Assembly (NCBI GenBank): GCA_030704615.1
Contig: CM060733.1
Location: forward strand, 5,952,001-6,016,000
Length of the DNA: 64,000 nt
DNA from: Takakia lepidozioides
Taxonomy: Eukaryota; Plantae; Bryophyta
Reading direction: 5' to 3'
Positions 36,036-48,825 of the stretch are shown one piece after another; within the stretch, counting starts at the first letter, position 1; each line of letters begins with the position of its first letter. A program made the translations under genes and the position numbers. The notes beneath the pieces are model-generated. The model had not been told where the DNA came from and did no database searches. It saw nothing but the letters and a program-made list of their open reading frames with translations.

Positions 36036-38297
36036 ATATAGGACAGCAGTGGATCTGCCCCACCATATCTTTTCTGGGTACAACAAGCCCTCTCAAATTT
36101 TGTTCTTGTTCAAGGTGGGTTGTGAAAAGGGAGATTAAGACATGACGTCTTTTTAAATCCCTTTGGGAGGGGGCAATGCCTTACATGAGCACATTCTACC
36201 GGCTCATGCAAGATCATCAAGGACCAGTGGTGGTGAAGTGTCATCTCGGGTAGGAGACCTCACAGTAACTTTGGATTAATATATACATTACCGCCGGCCT
36301 TGCCAGTGAATTAATGGTGTTTAGAGATGCTCAGGAGTTGTTGTGGATTGAGACAACGTAAGAGCCAAAGGCTGGGAAGTACTTGCATCTTAAATACTGC
36401 ATGCAGAGGACTTGGAGCCTGTGCATCCAAGATGTGTGCCATGGCAACATGGAAGCTTTGTAATCACATCCTTTCCTGCTCCTACAACTGAGACTGTGCT
36501 TGACAGGGTGTTGCGGAAAGTCCTGACATCGCTATCTTCATTGATAGAACCCATGCCATGGTGTGACCTCCCTCATATGCAACAACTTGTTTCTGAGGGC
36601 TCTACTTACTCGGCTACCCAAAACCATTGTCGCAAAATCCCAATCATGTTGAAAGCTCAAAAAGGAAGAAACTCATCTGCAGATATCCTTCCAGACTGGT
36701 CAGGAGATTTGTACTGCATTGCGGCAATATGCTCAGTAAACAATCACAGATCAACCACATGGCTGCCTGACTTAGTAGTGGAAAAACCTCGCTCTCTCCA
36801 CACAACACTCCTCACTAACACAGCCACAATGAAATTAGCTCTACCACGTATAGCTTCTTACCTACCTACCAATGTAATAGGTAAGTAGTAAGTACCTACA
36901 TACCAGCCTACCAACTGATGTAGGCAGGAAGGCGTGATTCAGGTACACCTACTACCTAGCTAGGTACCTATTAGCTATCTACTAGAACGAATGAGACTAT
37001 ACATCCGTTCTGGTCACGATCTCATCCATTCATTTATTCCTGCCGCAAAGACGTCTGCTCACTCAATTGGACTATTTAATTGCATTCATGGAGACGGATG
37101 AATATTGATCATCCGTCAAGTATGGTGATATTCATCCATCCAAGGCCCCGTATTTGAGATGCAGAATTTGAACAAGCAGACATGTGTGGGCAGGTGGCAG
37201 TAGTTTGAATTTCAAGTTTGGACGAACGAACGTCTAGCCCAAACTTCGTCGTCTTCATCGCCGGAGGCGTGTGCGTCTGTTCGTCCATACCGATTTTTAG
37301 AGCAGGCTCGCCGACGTGGCGCGTTTCTACTGGATTTGAGGAGGGGTGCTATATGTGGTATTCTACGACCTACTAGATTTTAACTACCTACCTACCTGCT
37401 GCGGGGATGAAAACTTTATATCACAGCTCCAAATGGATAGAAAACGTGGTGGTAGGTACGTACAAGGGTAAACTGACTGGCTCGCTGCCCTAAAATGATT
37501 GGATCGCTGCCCTAAAAACCGGTTATGTCCGGTAGCGCTCGAGAGGAGCCCCTGCTACCGGATATAGCAGGTCGCCATGACATCTTCGCCGCTAACGCGG
37601 CTTGGTAGGTCCTGGCTCCCTGCTATATCCGGTAGCTCGAATGCTACCTAGTCCGTATCCCCAAAAAGAATGTCTAACGCGTCAGCATGTGCGCATGCAT
37701 GCATGCATGTACGTATGCCAGGCTTGCACAGTTTAAATGGTAATGCGTCAATCATACTCGGTTGGATGGATGAAATATGATGGAAAGTTGTCCTGGGGAT
37801 CGGGATACAGGGAGATAGATGGATATATATAGATGAGAAATTCTAGTGGACCCGCTGGCCCTAAAATAATTGCCTTCAAGTTTAAAATTTGAAACCTAAT
37901 GGGTGCATGTATGGGATGGGAAGGTGATGATGGATAGATTGTTGGGATGGGCATGTATGGGGCTATTCAACTTTCTCTCTTCTCTCTCGCTCGCTGTGCG
38001 TGTGGGGCGTGTGAGATTGGGCCGAGACTATGCAAGCTCAGGCTGGCAGGAAGCAAGGGTGTGAAAGTATTTGGAGCTAGGGTTACGCTGGGATCAGCAG
38101 TGCAATGTGCCATGGATGCTAGGGGAAGTTATGGGATTTCAGAGGGCAGTTGCCATGGACCAGGTTTTCTTCCTGTGGTGTCTGCTCCAGGGTTTCATAC
38201 GGTATGCTAGCTGCGTGTGAAGGGGTGGTTGTAGAGGAGCGAGGGGAGAAGTGGAGGGGAGTGGGAGGTAAAGAGAGGGAGAGAGGTAGATATAGAG

Positions 38298-41200
38298 ATG
38301 GATTCGATGAACCGGATGAAGCTGCAAAGTAGCCCTCGACCAACATGCGGACGGCGTGTGGTGGCAGGGAAGCGGCCGCGGCCTGATGACTCCAACTGTG
38401 TTCGCAAGCTGTTGAAGCGCGAGATTAGCCGTGCAGGAAACTGGGCCTTTAATCGTACCAATTCACAAGAGAAATTTCGGAACTTCCATTTACAGGTGCG
38501 TTTCTCACATCGGTTGGCTCTTCAATACCTTTTTGGTGTGCTAGCCTGTACTTGTTAACCTGTACAGAGGACCGTGTGCGGTGAGTTGAGATGTGAATTG
38601 GGATGAGTGGAGGCCCTTCTTGTTTGGACGAAGGGATGTCCGATCGGTTGGGATGATTTGAAGAGCCGAGTTATGCTCTTATGTGTCTGCAAATATCATA
38701 ATTAGAGAAACAATCGTAATTCCCGTAAGAAGAGTCCGGCAAGCCCTTCTCTATCGTAAAATGGAACAGTACTGCTCACAAGATTCTGGTGTCTCTGAGG
38801 GTTATCTTGAGTGCTTTGAGTTCTTGTTTTTCTGGTGACTTGAGTGTCTTGTCCAGCCCTACGATTAGGTCCTTCCACATGGCCTTCCACTATGGCTAAT
38901 GTCCCCTAGTCGTGATGTCAGACCGAGAATTACGTTGCTTCAGAGCTACAGGCTGCTTGATGAACTTCAATCTCTGGAAAGAAGGGTATACTCTGGTCTT
39001 GCTCGCTTTTTGACACCAAACAGTCTTGATTTGAGTTAAACATTAGAGCCGGGGGTGCGCCCAGGTTTTTTTAGATTTTGTGCACTGTTAGTGTCTGCAT
39101 GGTTGGTATACCTGCTCCCGTTGTTATCCTCTTGAGGGCTGAGGGGTTGAGGAGGATAAGTTTCTCTTTCTCAAAAGAAAACCCTTAAAGAGGGTGGGAA
39201 GTAGAGTCTAGTTGAAGGGAAAGATACATTGAAAGTGATGTTTGTGCCAAGACAATTGTGCGCATTCTAGGAAAGGAGCTCTAATGACTTTAAATGTGGG
39301 GAGGGCGGAGTTGAATGTGAAGCCAACTATTTATTTATCTGAACAGTTGCAGGGAGACAGAGTTCTCAGTGTATGGAAAGCTATAAAAGAAAGTAAGAGG
39401 TTGGGGTTGTCCAGTGTGAGTTTTCCATGTATCTGTATGTCTGTACTTCTTGCATTGCTTTTCACTTCTCTAGTCTCTACATACAGGAATAATCATTTGC
39501 ACCGTGTTCAATTGATGTGGCTTTTTTGTGTAAAGGGTACATCCTTGTTAGCCACCAGATTAAGAGTTAATTCTTGAAGTCTGATAGTAGAAGCATGCGA
39601 TTGGCCATTTAAAGTCTGCAATGAGGAAGGAGAATGTATTGTGAGGTTGTGCTAGTGGTCCTGGGGCAAGTGATATTTTCGCAAAGGTCTTGTGGGCATT
39701 GGGCAGACAGTGATGCTGCCAACCCATGCCAGCGTACAATGTGTTGGATGAACTCATCTTGTTTGTGGGTTACTTTCAATTATGGCTATAGGGACAGTTG
39801 CTTAGGGACCAGGTTCAGGGATGTCTGTAGTAAAAGAATCCCGAAATAGGCTAGCCCCATGCTGCTAAGGACATTCTATGAGCTGCAGATTACACTGAAG
39901 ATTATTTCATTCACCTTGGCCGTGTCAACCCATGTAGCAAGAAACTTTAGCAGGTTGAACCACAGATGTCTAAATGTATCCATGCTTAAAATAAAGTTGT
40001 ACCTGCTGAAGTCCTGATGATTGTTTCAGTATCCTCTTATGTCTGTTCTTCCTACCTACATCTGTTTTGTGTTTTATGCTTTGTTATTGATCTATCTAGT
40101 AGCTCCAACGACATCCATTCATCACGTGACATAGTGAATCTCAGAACAATTTTTTTGCAGTTGGGGCCTGTGGCTTTTACACGACCTCTGAATGTGCAGC
40201 ACTTAATCATTGTGTGGGGTTTCAGGAGGAGTTTGACACACATGACCCCAAAGCCCATCACTTTCTGAGGTTGCCGTTCCTGAAAAAACGATCACGGATT
40301 GTGGAGATAGTGGCTGCTCGGGACACCGTGTTTGCCCTTACACATTCGGGCATCTGTGCTGCTTTCAGCCGTGGTCAGTTTGCACCATCTGCTCTGACAT
40401 GAACGCAAGAGGGATGAGTTTTTAAGGACACATAATCAATCAATCTAACCACAAATTGTGTAGATATGCCATCTTGTATTATCAGTTGAGCAGGATTGTG
40501 CTGTTTGGTGGTCAACATAACTTGTGTGAGTCTGCTGGTTGGTGATGGCTGAAAGGTACTATAATGTGGGTTGTCGGAGTGGATAGAAACCGTAGAAAGG
40601 AGGCATTGATAGTAACCTCTGACTGATAGCAAGTCCTTGACATGCATGGTTGGTTGTGACAGATACAAACAAGAGAATATGCTTCTTGAACATCAGTGCA
40701 GATGAAGTAATCCGCAGCCTTTTTTATAACAAGAACAATGACTCATTGATTACTGTGTCAGTCTATGCGTCTGACAATTTCAGCTCCTTAAAGTGCAGAA
40801 CCACTCCTATTGAGTAAGTGTTCCAACTTTTCTTTCATTTTTCTCATAGGCATCACATTGCTCCACTGACATGTGGGAAGAAGGATTGTGAATTTGGGTT
40901 CCATAGTGAAGCAACCTGTAAATTGTACAGGCCACAAAATTCTTGTCTGACAATGGCCAAGCTTGGTGCTAAAATGTGGTATTTTATGGGTTGAAATCAC
41001 TCCCATCCTTCAATCCTATAAATGTTTTCTCTCAAAGTACAAAGCTGTGGGCTAAAAGAACCTTGGCTGTGACAGATACATTCGAAGAGGACAGCCAGAT
41101 GCAGGGTTTCCTCTATTTGAATCGGAGTCTCTTCGATGGCCTGGGTTTGTTGAATTTGATGATGTGAACGGGAAAGTACTGACTTACTCTGCACAAGACC

Positions 41201-43396
41201 GGTACATACACTTCTTCACCTTTCTTTTTCTTGAAGTTTTGAGCTTTGATATAGTGTGCTGTATAATATGCCTCGGCGTGTAGTGTCTGTTTTGACACGA
41301 TTCTTAGCCTCGACTTGGACTTCTGGCCTAGGCTTAGGACTACTGCTTCAGCAGCTATTTATTTTCTCCATCATAGAGTGGGCTTCTGAAGCTGGGGAAT
41401 GGCTGAGGTGGCAGGATATACAAGGTGTTTGATTTGAAAAATTACACGATGCTATATTCTATCTCCGATGAGCATGTCCAAGAAATCAAGATCAGGTCAG
41501 TATCTGTCACTTTTTGCACTTTATTGATTTAATTCTGTGTAGGTGATCTCTGTCCTGGTACAAGTGTGCTGTGTCTGTCCTCTTTTTAGCTGCTGTCTTG
41601 TACCCTGACCAGTTGATGTGTCAAAACCCCATTTCCAGCCTAGTTGTACACTTCAAGTTGCTTGTATGGTGCTTTTGTACCCTACTTCAATGCAGGTGAT
41701 GATCAAATAGACATCCCAGTCCAGTGCCTGAAAAAGGTGAACCCTTATGAAGTCATTATCTATGACTGACATGGTCTTGTCGAATGTCCAGCCCGGGCAT
41801 AATGTTGCTGATATTTGATAGGGCACAAAGCCATGTGCCATTAAAGATATTGTCAATTGAGGATGGGTCTGTGCTGAAAGCCTTCAATCACCTCCTGCAC
41901 CGCAACAAGAAGGTGGACTTTATTGAGCAGTTCAACGAAAAGCTGCTGGTGAAGCAAGAGAATGAAAACCTCCAGATTCTTGATGTAAGTGCTTGCATCT
42001 GCTACCTGAACCCTCCAATCTGAACTTAGCCTGTGGAACTTCGGAATCGGGGGTAAGACTGCCCCCAAAGAGTTGGGGAGGCTTGGTGAACTAAAACTTC
42101 CTCTTTCTTTGGGGACGTTAGGCCTGCACTTAACTGTGACGAGGATCAGCTTTGGTTTGAGCGTGTAGAAAGAGCTGTCGTGGGTGATCTTGCTGCATTA
42201 ACCAGTGCAAATTCATGAACACTCCTCCTTCTCCCTCTGTACACATACCGCATCTCATACTAGTAGCTTCTCTGATCACAACTCATACATAATTGAAACA
42301 TCTGAACTCGGAACTCAAGATCTTGAATAACTGTTTTTTAGGTCATCTGTGACTTGGATATGTGAAATGAGATCTGAGGTGAGAGATATCTCCTGGTAAA
42401 GAAGTGCTTTGAGGGTATGTTCCTGATGAAAGACAAATTAGTAATATATTGGATGATATTGGTGCAGGTGAGGAATGCACAGCTAACAGAAGTCAGCAGG
42501 ACAGAGTTTATGACACCATCAGCCTTCATCTTTTTGTATGAGAATCAACTCTTTTTAACGTTTCGCAACAGGACTGTGGCTGTGTGGAACTTCCGGGGAG
42601 AGCTGGTAACCTCATTTGAGGACCATTTGCTGTGGTACCCGGATTGTAACACCAACAATATATACATCACCAGTGAGCAAGATCTAATTATATCCTATTG
42701 CAAGGCCCACCCCGACAATTGCATTGAAGAGGCTGGTGAGTCATTTTTGTCCATCTAGTGTAGCTTCACTCCCATGTGAATGTGTTAATTCTGTGGAGTC
42801 AAGCTATTTACAGTCTTGTGTAGCTGGATGTGATTGAGTGGTGCACACCTACACATGGGACTCCCACCCTTGTAGTAGGTGAGTATTTCATTGCATAGGA
42901 CTCTTGAAGTTTATTCTGTAAGGTTTGCCACTATGTCCAGAAACTGAGTTCACTTTGCTCTGGGTCTTAAGATTGCCTGTATGATGTCTCGTTGGAGTTT
43001 GTTCATGGTTCTTCTATCTCTTTTGTTAGTTTGTCCTTGTGTTATTGCATTATGGCCATCTCCTGTCAAGCTGGCATCGATCTGTACTGGAGTTTTGCAA
43101 TCCAAGATTTGCTGTTTCTTATGTTTCAAATGCCTAACCAGGAGACTTGCTTGTGTCTGTTTGATGCAGTGGGTTCCATTAACATCAGTAACATTTTGAC
43201 GGGAAAGTGCCTGGCCAAGATCCGGGCCGACGACCCCAGTGTTGGAATCAGCCCACGTGCACGTGCCAACTCATCCATAATCAGAAGTTCGGTCCAAGAT
43301 GCTCTGGAGGACGTGACAGCCCTATTTTATGATGAAGAAAGGAACGAAATCTACACAGGCAATCGGCATGGGTTGGTCCATGTCTGGTCAAATTAG
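38298..43396 (+). CDS. Transducin/WD40-repeat-like protein (At3g54190/At2g38630 family), 463 aa
   Basis: Exons 38298-38495, 40226-40373, 40663-40813, 41076-41201, 41415-41495, 41792-41984, 42468-42735, 43170-43396 (1392 nt). Motifs WPGFVEFDDVNGKVLTY, HRNKKVDFIEQFNEKLLVKQE and C-terminal YDEERNEIYTGNRHGLVHVWSN. Confidence 0.9.
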
Positions 43397-44359
43397 TGAA
43401 TCCTGTTCCCACTAGCTTACGGCCCGGCTGGCCTGCACACTTGGTGCTTAGGGGATAGCCTTGCATCTTTTCTCACTGGCCTTGTAAACTTATTGCGGAT
43501 GAAAGTACAACCATTGTAGTTTGGATCGCAGGTTCAGATCACAACAGGAAGTAGTGATACTTTTCATGTTTTCGTTATTGGTCAGGTTGGTTGTCTGCTG
43601 TGTGTGTTTCTGGCCTTCCATTAGACCAAGCAACATGCATAGAACACTATTTTTTTCAAGTGCCCATCCATGCCATGTCTTGAGGTCTCCTTTGTACAAG
43701 AAATTGAGTTCATCTTTCTCATAAGGACCCCATAAACAGCCTGCCAGGAACTGAGTCCGTGCTGGTTTTAATTTAATTGATATCATCATGACCCAGGAAT
43801 TGATTGTTAGTTTGATCAGTGTAACCTCTAATTTTAGGGGTTTGGGGTGCCAATTCACTGTCCTACTATTTTGTAGTACTGGACTCTGTCATGCAGATAC
43901 TATCACTATTGTCATTGCAGATTTCCAGAGTTTGCAATGCAAGGCTTCCTTTCTATTTTGATTTGGTTGGAGTGTATTTTGGGTTGCATTAACTATTAGC
44001 ATTGCCAGCATACTGTGGGGCCAGTGATTCTGGCTTTGGTTCCAGTGCTGGAATCGCCCACCACATCAACAGGCCACCTCATCCATTTCTTGAAATGGGA
44101 TGGCTATGTTGGCTCCTTGTAGGAGGAGACTAAGCACCACTGTCAAGACCAGTGGGATCTTCCCCATATGACACATACACAGTAAGTGATGCATGGCTCA
44201 TAAATGAAAAAGGGTTGTTGATAGTTCAAAGAGCTTGAATTGTGAGCATTTTCCTTTTGCGAGCTTTATAAAAGTAAATAAATTATAAGTGAAAAAACTT
44301 GTGAGATAATAGAGGATAGATGAGAGTGTGATCTCATTGTTCACAAAGGAAGGGCATTA

Positions 44360-45250
44360 CTAGAGTACGGCTTTGTTTTTTCGAAGCAAGACATGAAATA
44401 ACATGTGAAATAACAATAAATAGTAATTCACACACTTAGCATCAAACAAGGACATTGCACACGTTTTGTTGTTAGTACGCATTCGGGACTCCATTCGGCC
44501 TTTCTCCCCTCTCTTCCCCAAATCCAAGGCTGGAGGGAACCATATGCACATTGTTTTCACAGCACCAATGGTGCAAATCCCTTTGGCTGCCAAATCATGA
44601 AACAAAATAGGACCGGAAAAGAAATTGTCCATAGTGAAACTTACCTTCAAATCCATGCAACTACCTTGGTTACCACAGAGTATCCGGAGCCCTAAGTAAG
44701 GTCATTACCATCATCCTTTCCCAAGTACACCTCCACCTTATTGACATACTTGGAGGTAGCATTGGCAAGACACCATACTTTTATTCCCGTTTGATAGGTT
44801 TTTTGGCCATGTATTGCTGTATGTCACAACATTTACTTTTGTATTTGATCATCAGTTTGTCAACAGTCAGATTTTGCTTGGGGGTCATGTACTCATTCTG
44901 GGAGTCTAAGAGCCATCTACTCTTAGCAAACTTGTCAAAGGTAGGGTAAGTATCGTCAAAATAGATCTGACGGTTGTCCGCAAGGTGCAAAACAAACTCC
45001 CACATGTTCCCTACTCATGATCCGCATTATGGTAGGGCACTGGAGAAATCATCACTTATCGTCCATTACAATCGCGTAAATTTAGGCAAAGAGTGGTTTG
45101 GTCCAGGGACAAGACCAATGAATCTTACCTCAAGCAATTCAGTGGCTTGAGAATTCCACATATCATCCTTGAACATGAGAGAAGGAGGTTCCCATTTTTC
45201 GAGCAACTCATACAAACTAAGCTCATGGCGGACATCACCTGTATGTATCC
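44360..45250 (-). mobile_element. piggyBac-like (DDE_Tnp_1_7) transposase relic
   Basis: LTVDKLMIKYK...QQYMAKKPIK, then IKVWCLANATSKYV.KVEVYLGK and FTMDNFFSG..LF..L..KGI..IG.V, broken by frameshifts and stops. No TIRs identified. Confidence 0.75.
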
Positions 45251-45786
45251 TCGCATCAATCCCATATGATTTGATTGAATTGAATCAGACATAAATTTAA
45301 ATATATTCTGAATTGAATGTCTGGATTTTCAACAGAATCAGGATTGGCTCTAGTATTCTCTAGTGGATCATAGTCATCAACATTGACTGTCTCTATTTCC
45401 CAACTCATTATCAAGCAATTCAGCATCAGGTCCAAGCCCCAACATTTCAATGACAATGCAGGCATAACATCTTCAAGGTTGACAATCTCAACTGCTGATG
45501 CTAATATTGAATGCACACCACAAAGCCCCAAAAAATATACAAGATATATTTTGTCTGCAACCACAATGTCCCATGTGGACTCTATGACAATGGCACATAT
45601 ACTTCCAGGGACATTAGATGATAGACATGTCTTCCAAATGCAAATCACAAAACATGACTTTAATAGTGCATCCCTAAATCCTCCTCACTTTGGCTATGAT
45701 CAGCCACATTCTTTGTAATACAATGGGAGCTGTGAAGGGAATAAAAAACAGCATTTTGCTCACGTTCCGGGGCGACGTGGATGGCA

Positions 45787-46276
45787 AGGGCCTATAACCG
45801 CTGACAGCAAAGGTACAGAGGCCTATTACCGCGGGTAGAAGATGTCAAAATGTGGGCAGCAGTCCATATTTTTGTGAACACAACATCCAAAAATGGGACG
45901 ATTCTCCCCCCCAAATCATCACTTCTTGCTCTGATTTCAGAGCAAATTATTTTTATTTTATTTTCTGGCATTTGGATAGATGTGGTGAAGATCGTCAACT
46001 GCTGCTTGAATTCTGAGTTTTTTTTTAAATATTATATTTTTTATTTATTTATTTTACATTTGACATTTGGGTAGATGTCGTGAGACGATCATCACTTCTG
46101 TTTTGATTTATGATTTATTTATTTATCTATTTATTCTGGTATTTGGATAGATCATCACGATAACTCTGATTTTCGATTTTTTATTTTTTATTTTTTTTCG
46201 CATTTGGGTAGATGTCGTGATGAAGCTTCTGCGACTTTCCATTTCACAAGAGTTTGCGTCCACGGTAATAGGCCCT
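45787..46276. mobile_element. Candidate MITE
   Basis: Inverted termini GGCCTATTACCGCGG (~45820-45834; related copy at 45787) and CCACGGTAATAGGCCCT (46260-46276). Internal TTTGG.TAGAT repeats. Confidence 0.4.
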
Positions 46277-48825
46277 ATTTTTCCCTCGATTATAGGTTGT
46301 ACTTATCTAATGTGCTCACGCTTAGTGTGCAAAGCGTGAGTGGCTCACGCGTTAGCTTCTCTCCCCTTCTACAAGGCTCCACCATCGGCTTGAGTCTCTA
46401 TATAAAGAGGGTGAGTGCTGTAATCTACACGGTTTCTTCTGCCTCCACCTTACTTTGGTGGGCTCTACAAACAGGCCCCCCTTAAAAAATGTAAATTTGG
46501 AACTTCAACCATCCATCTTGAAATAAATATGTCAATAAGGGGATAATGTCTAGAAAGAACATGATAGCTGATGAAATGTCAAAACTCTTAATATTGGAAT
46601 TTTGTATCTTCTCTATATTTTGGACAACTAAGAATATAGATCTATTAATACATTATAAATACGCATCAACTATGATAGGTTTAGGTCCGTATTAGATGTA
46701 TGTACATCTATTTAGTCTTTATATTTAAGTATTTTGAATTCATTTATTGATATTTTGATTTATTAAAATTTGTATAGAACCCACCTTAGATAGAAGCAGT
46801 AGCCATAAAATGAAGTGGCTCTTAGTTATGTTTAGCTCTATCCAAAGTCTTTTCTCTTTATAATAAAAACAGTACCATTAATTGATTGACTATGTTTTTA
46901 TTTTATAATTCATAGAAAAATAATTTAATTTATATGATGTGTAGTTATTTTAAGATCTGTTGTATTTTTTTGTTTAGAATATAAAATATAAAGTGATATT
47001 GAACTATATAAGAAGGAAAGAAGGGAAAAAAAAAACTCTTGCCGAAGCACACGTAACTTATGTGTCACTTCACCCACGCGAAAGGGCTACTGCCTTCTGT
47101 TTGGAAATAAACACCTTCTAACGGCCATAATTGGGACAACATGGAGTACCCAACAAAGCTCCGGAAGCCTATCCTCCCTAAATCCTGCAAAAGTACCGTC
47201 ATGCCTACATTAAATATTTACACTACATTTTTTTTGCATAAAATATATATCCGATCAAAATGAAATACATGTTGAACATTTTGTAATTGTTCTCATAAGT
47301 CGGAGCATATGCGTAGCCCTAGTAAAATGAAATAAAATAAATGACCAAGCAAGAGGTCGGTGAACCGTTTTCCACCTAGAAGATTCTGGACTCAAGTCCT
47401 GCTTCCTTGTCTATCATCTGGATTCTTGGCTGGAAATGTCTCCTAAGCCTCATGGCTCATAAATGGAAGGGTGTTGTTAAAAGAGCCTGAATTGTGAGCC
47501 AGGTTTCCTTTATAGAAATAATTAAATTATAAGTGAATAAACATGTTAGATAATGGGCGAAAATTGATCACAAAGAGGAGCCATTCCAAAGACTAGCTGC
47601 TTGTTTTGTGAAAGTAAGATATGAAATCTACACTCATGTCTAGGTATGAAGTTTTAGCATTTGGAGCTTTGTTGCAAGTAGGCAGGTACCTCACATATTT
47701 CATAGTAACCTTGTATCCTGTAAATTTGTGATGGTGCTCTAAACTGTTCTGTATATATTGCAGCAGACTCGAAACTGGCAGTTTGATCCTAGTGTACCCG
47801 TGATAACAAACTTGGACCATTAGTCTGCAATTCAACAAGTGCTGAAATGGCTGGTGGCTAGTCCCTATATGAAGGAAGCATGCTTTATGTGTTTTCAAAG
47901 AGAGAATTTGCAAAGAGGATGCTACATCCATCCTTTCAGAAATAAACAGCCCCAAAGTGAACAGGAAGAAACAAGAAACCTCATCGCATTAGAACTTTCA
48001 CTGGACAAAATTATACATCACAACCTTGCAAGCCAACAGATGCCCCCTCTGTCAGGGCTAGCTTGCCACAGATACAGACAGTACAAGGAAGATTAAGCAA
48101 ATCACCTGCTATGTAAAACTGAAACTGTAAAATGGAGAGAAGACATCATATGCCCATGGATTAGATTCTTGAAATAATCTCAATTACAAAAGAAAACATG
48201 TGATCAAACATCAATTCATCTTGCCTTTCCTTGATCATGACCAAGATGACTATGCCTAGTAGAATGATGCAGAGTTCTCTCTTCTGTTTATAAGGCCAAA
48301 TTTAATTTGTTCTGTGGAGACGAGGGCGCCAGAAAGTTGTGATCCAATGTCAAGGTGGATGGCGGTCTGTTAAGTTAAAACCTTCCCCCAACTAGCACAA
48401 TTTGTAAGACGGGCCCTGATATCGACACAGTGGCTTTGGACCACATGGATATGCAAGATACACAGTACAAAGGGGTTGGCAGAGCGACTGTCTTTAAGCA
48501 ACTTCACCTCTTTTGAGCTCCTCTTTCTAATACAAAATTGCAGATTCTTCCTGGAGCATCCAGCTTTATTTTTCATAGCCATAAGAAAGCAACACTGGTA
48601 CGACAAGCAGTACTACAACTCAATGCAAAGGGGCCATTTGCGTCTCATGAAAACAAAGAGACAGACTGAGGGGACTTAGAGCCACGAAACCTTCCAGGGA
48701 ATGTGCACTTCATCCTATAAAGTTTGTTCTGGGGTACCGTCCCCTTTCCTTAGAATAATAAAACGGCAAAAAGAAAGAAAAACAACTCTTTGCCCAGAGA
48801 CCTTAAATTAGGCTACAAGGCCTAA

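Noticed and set aside
41695-41770. GTGATGA...CTGA...CTGA pattern in a WD40 gene intron
   Set aside because: Terminal stem is out of K-turn register, no guide match, and the last CTGAC is better explained as the branch point.
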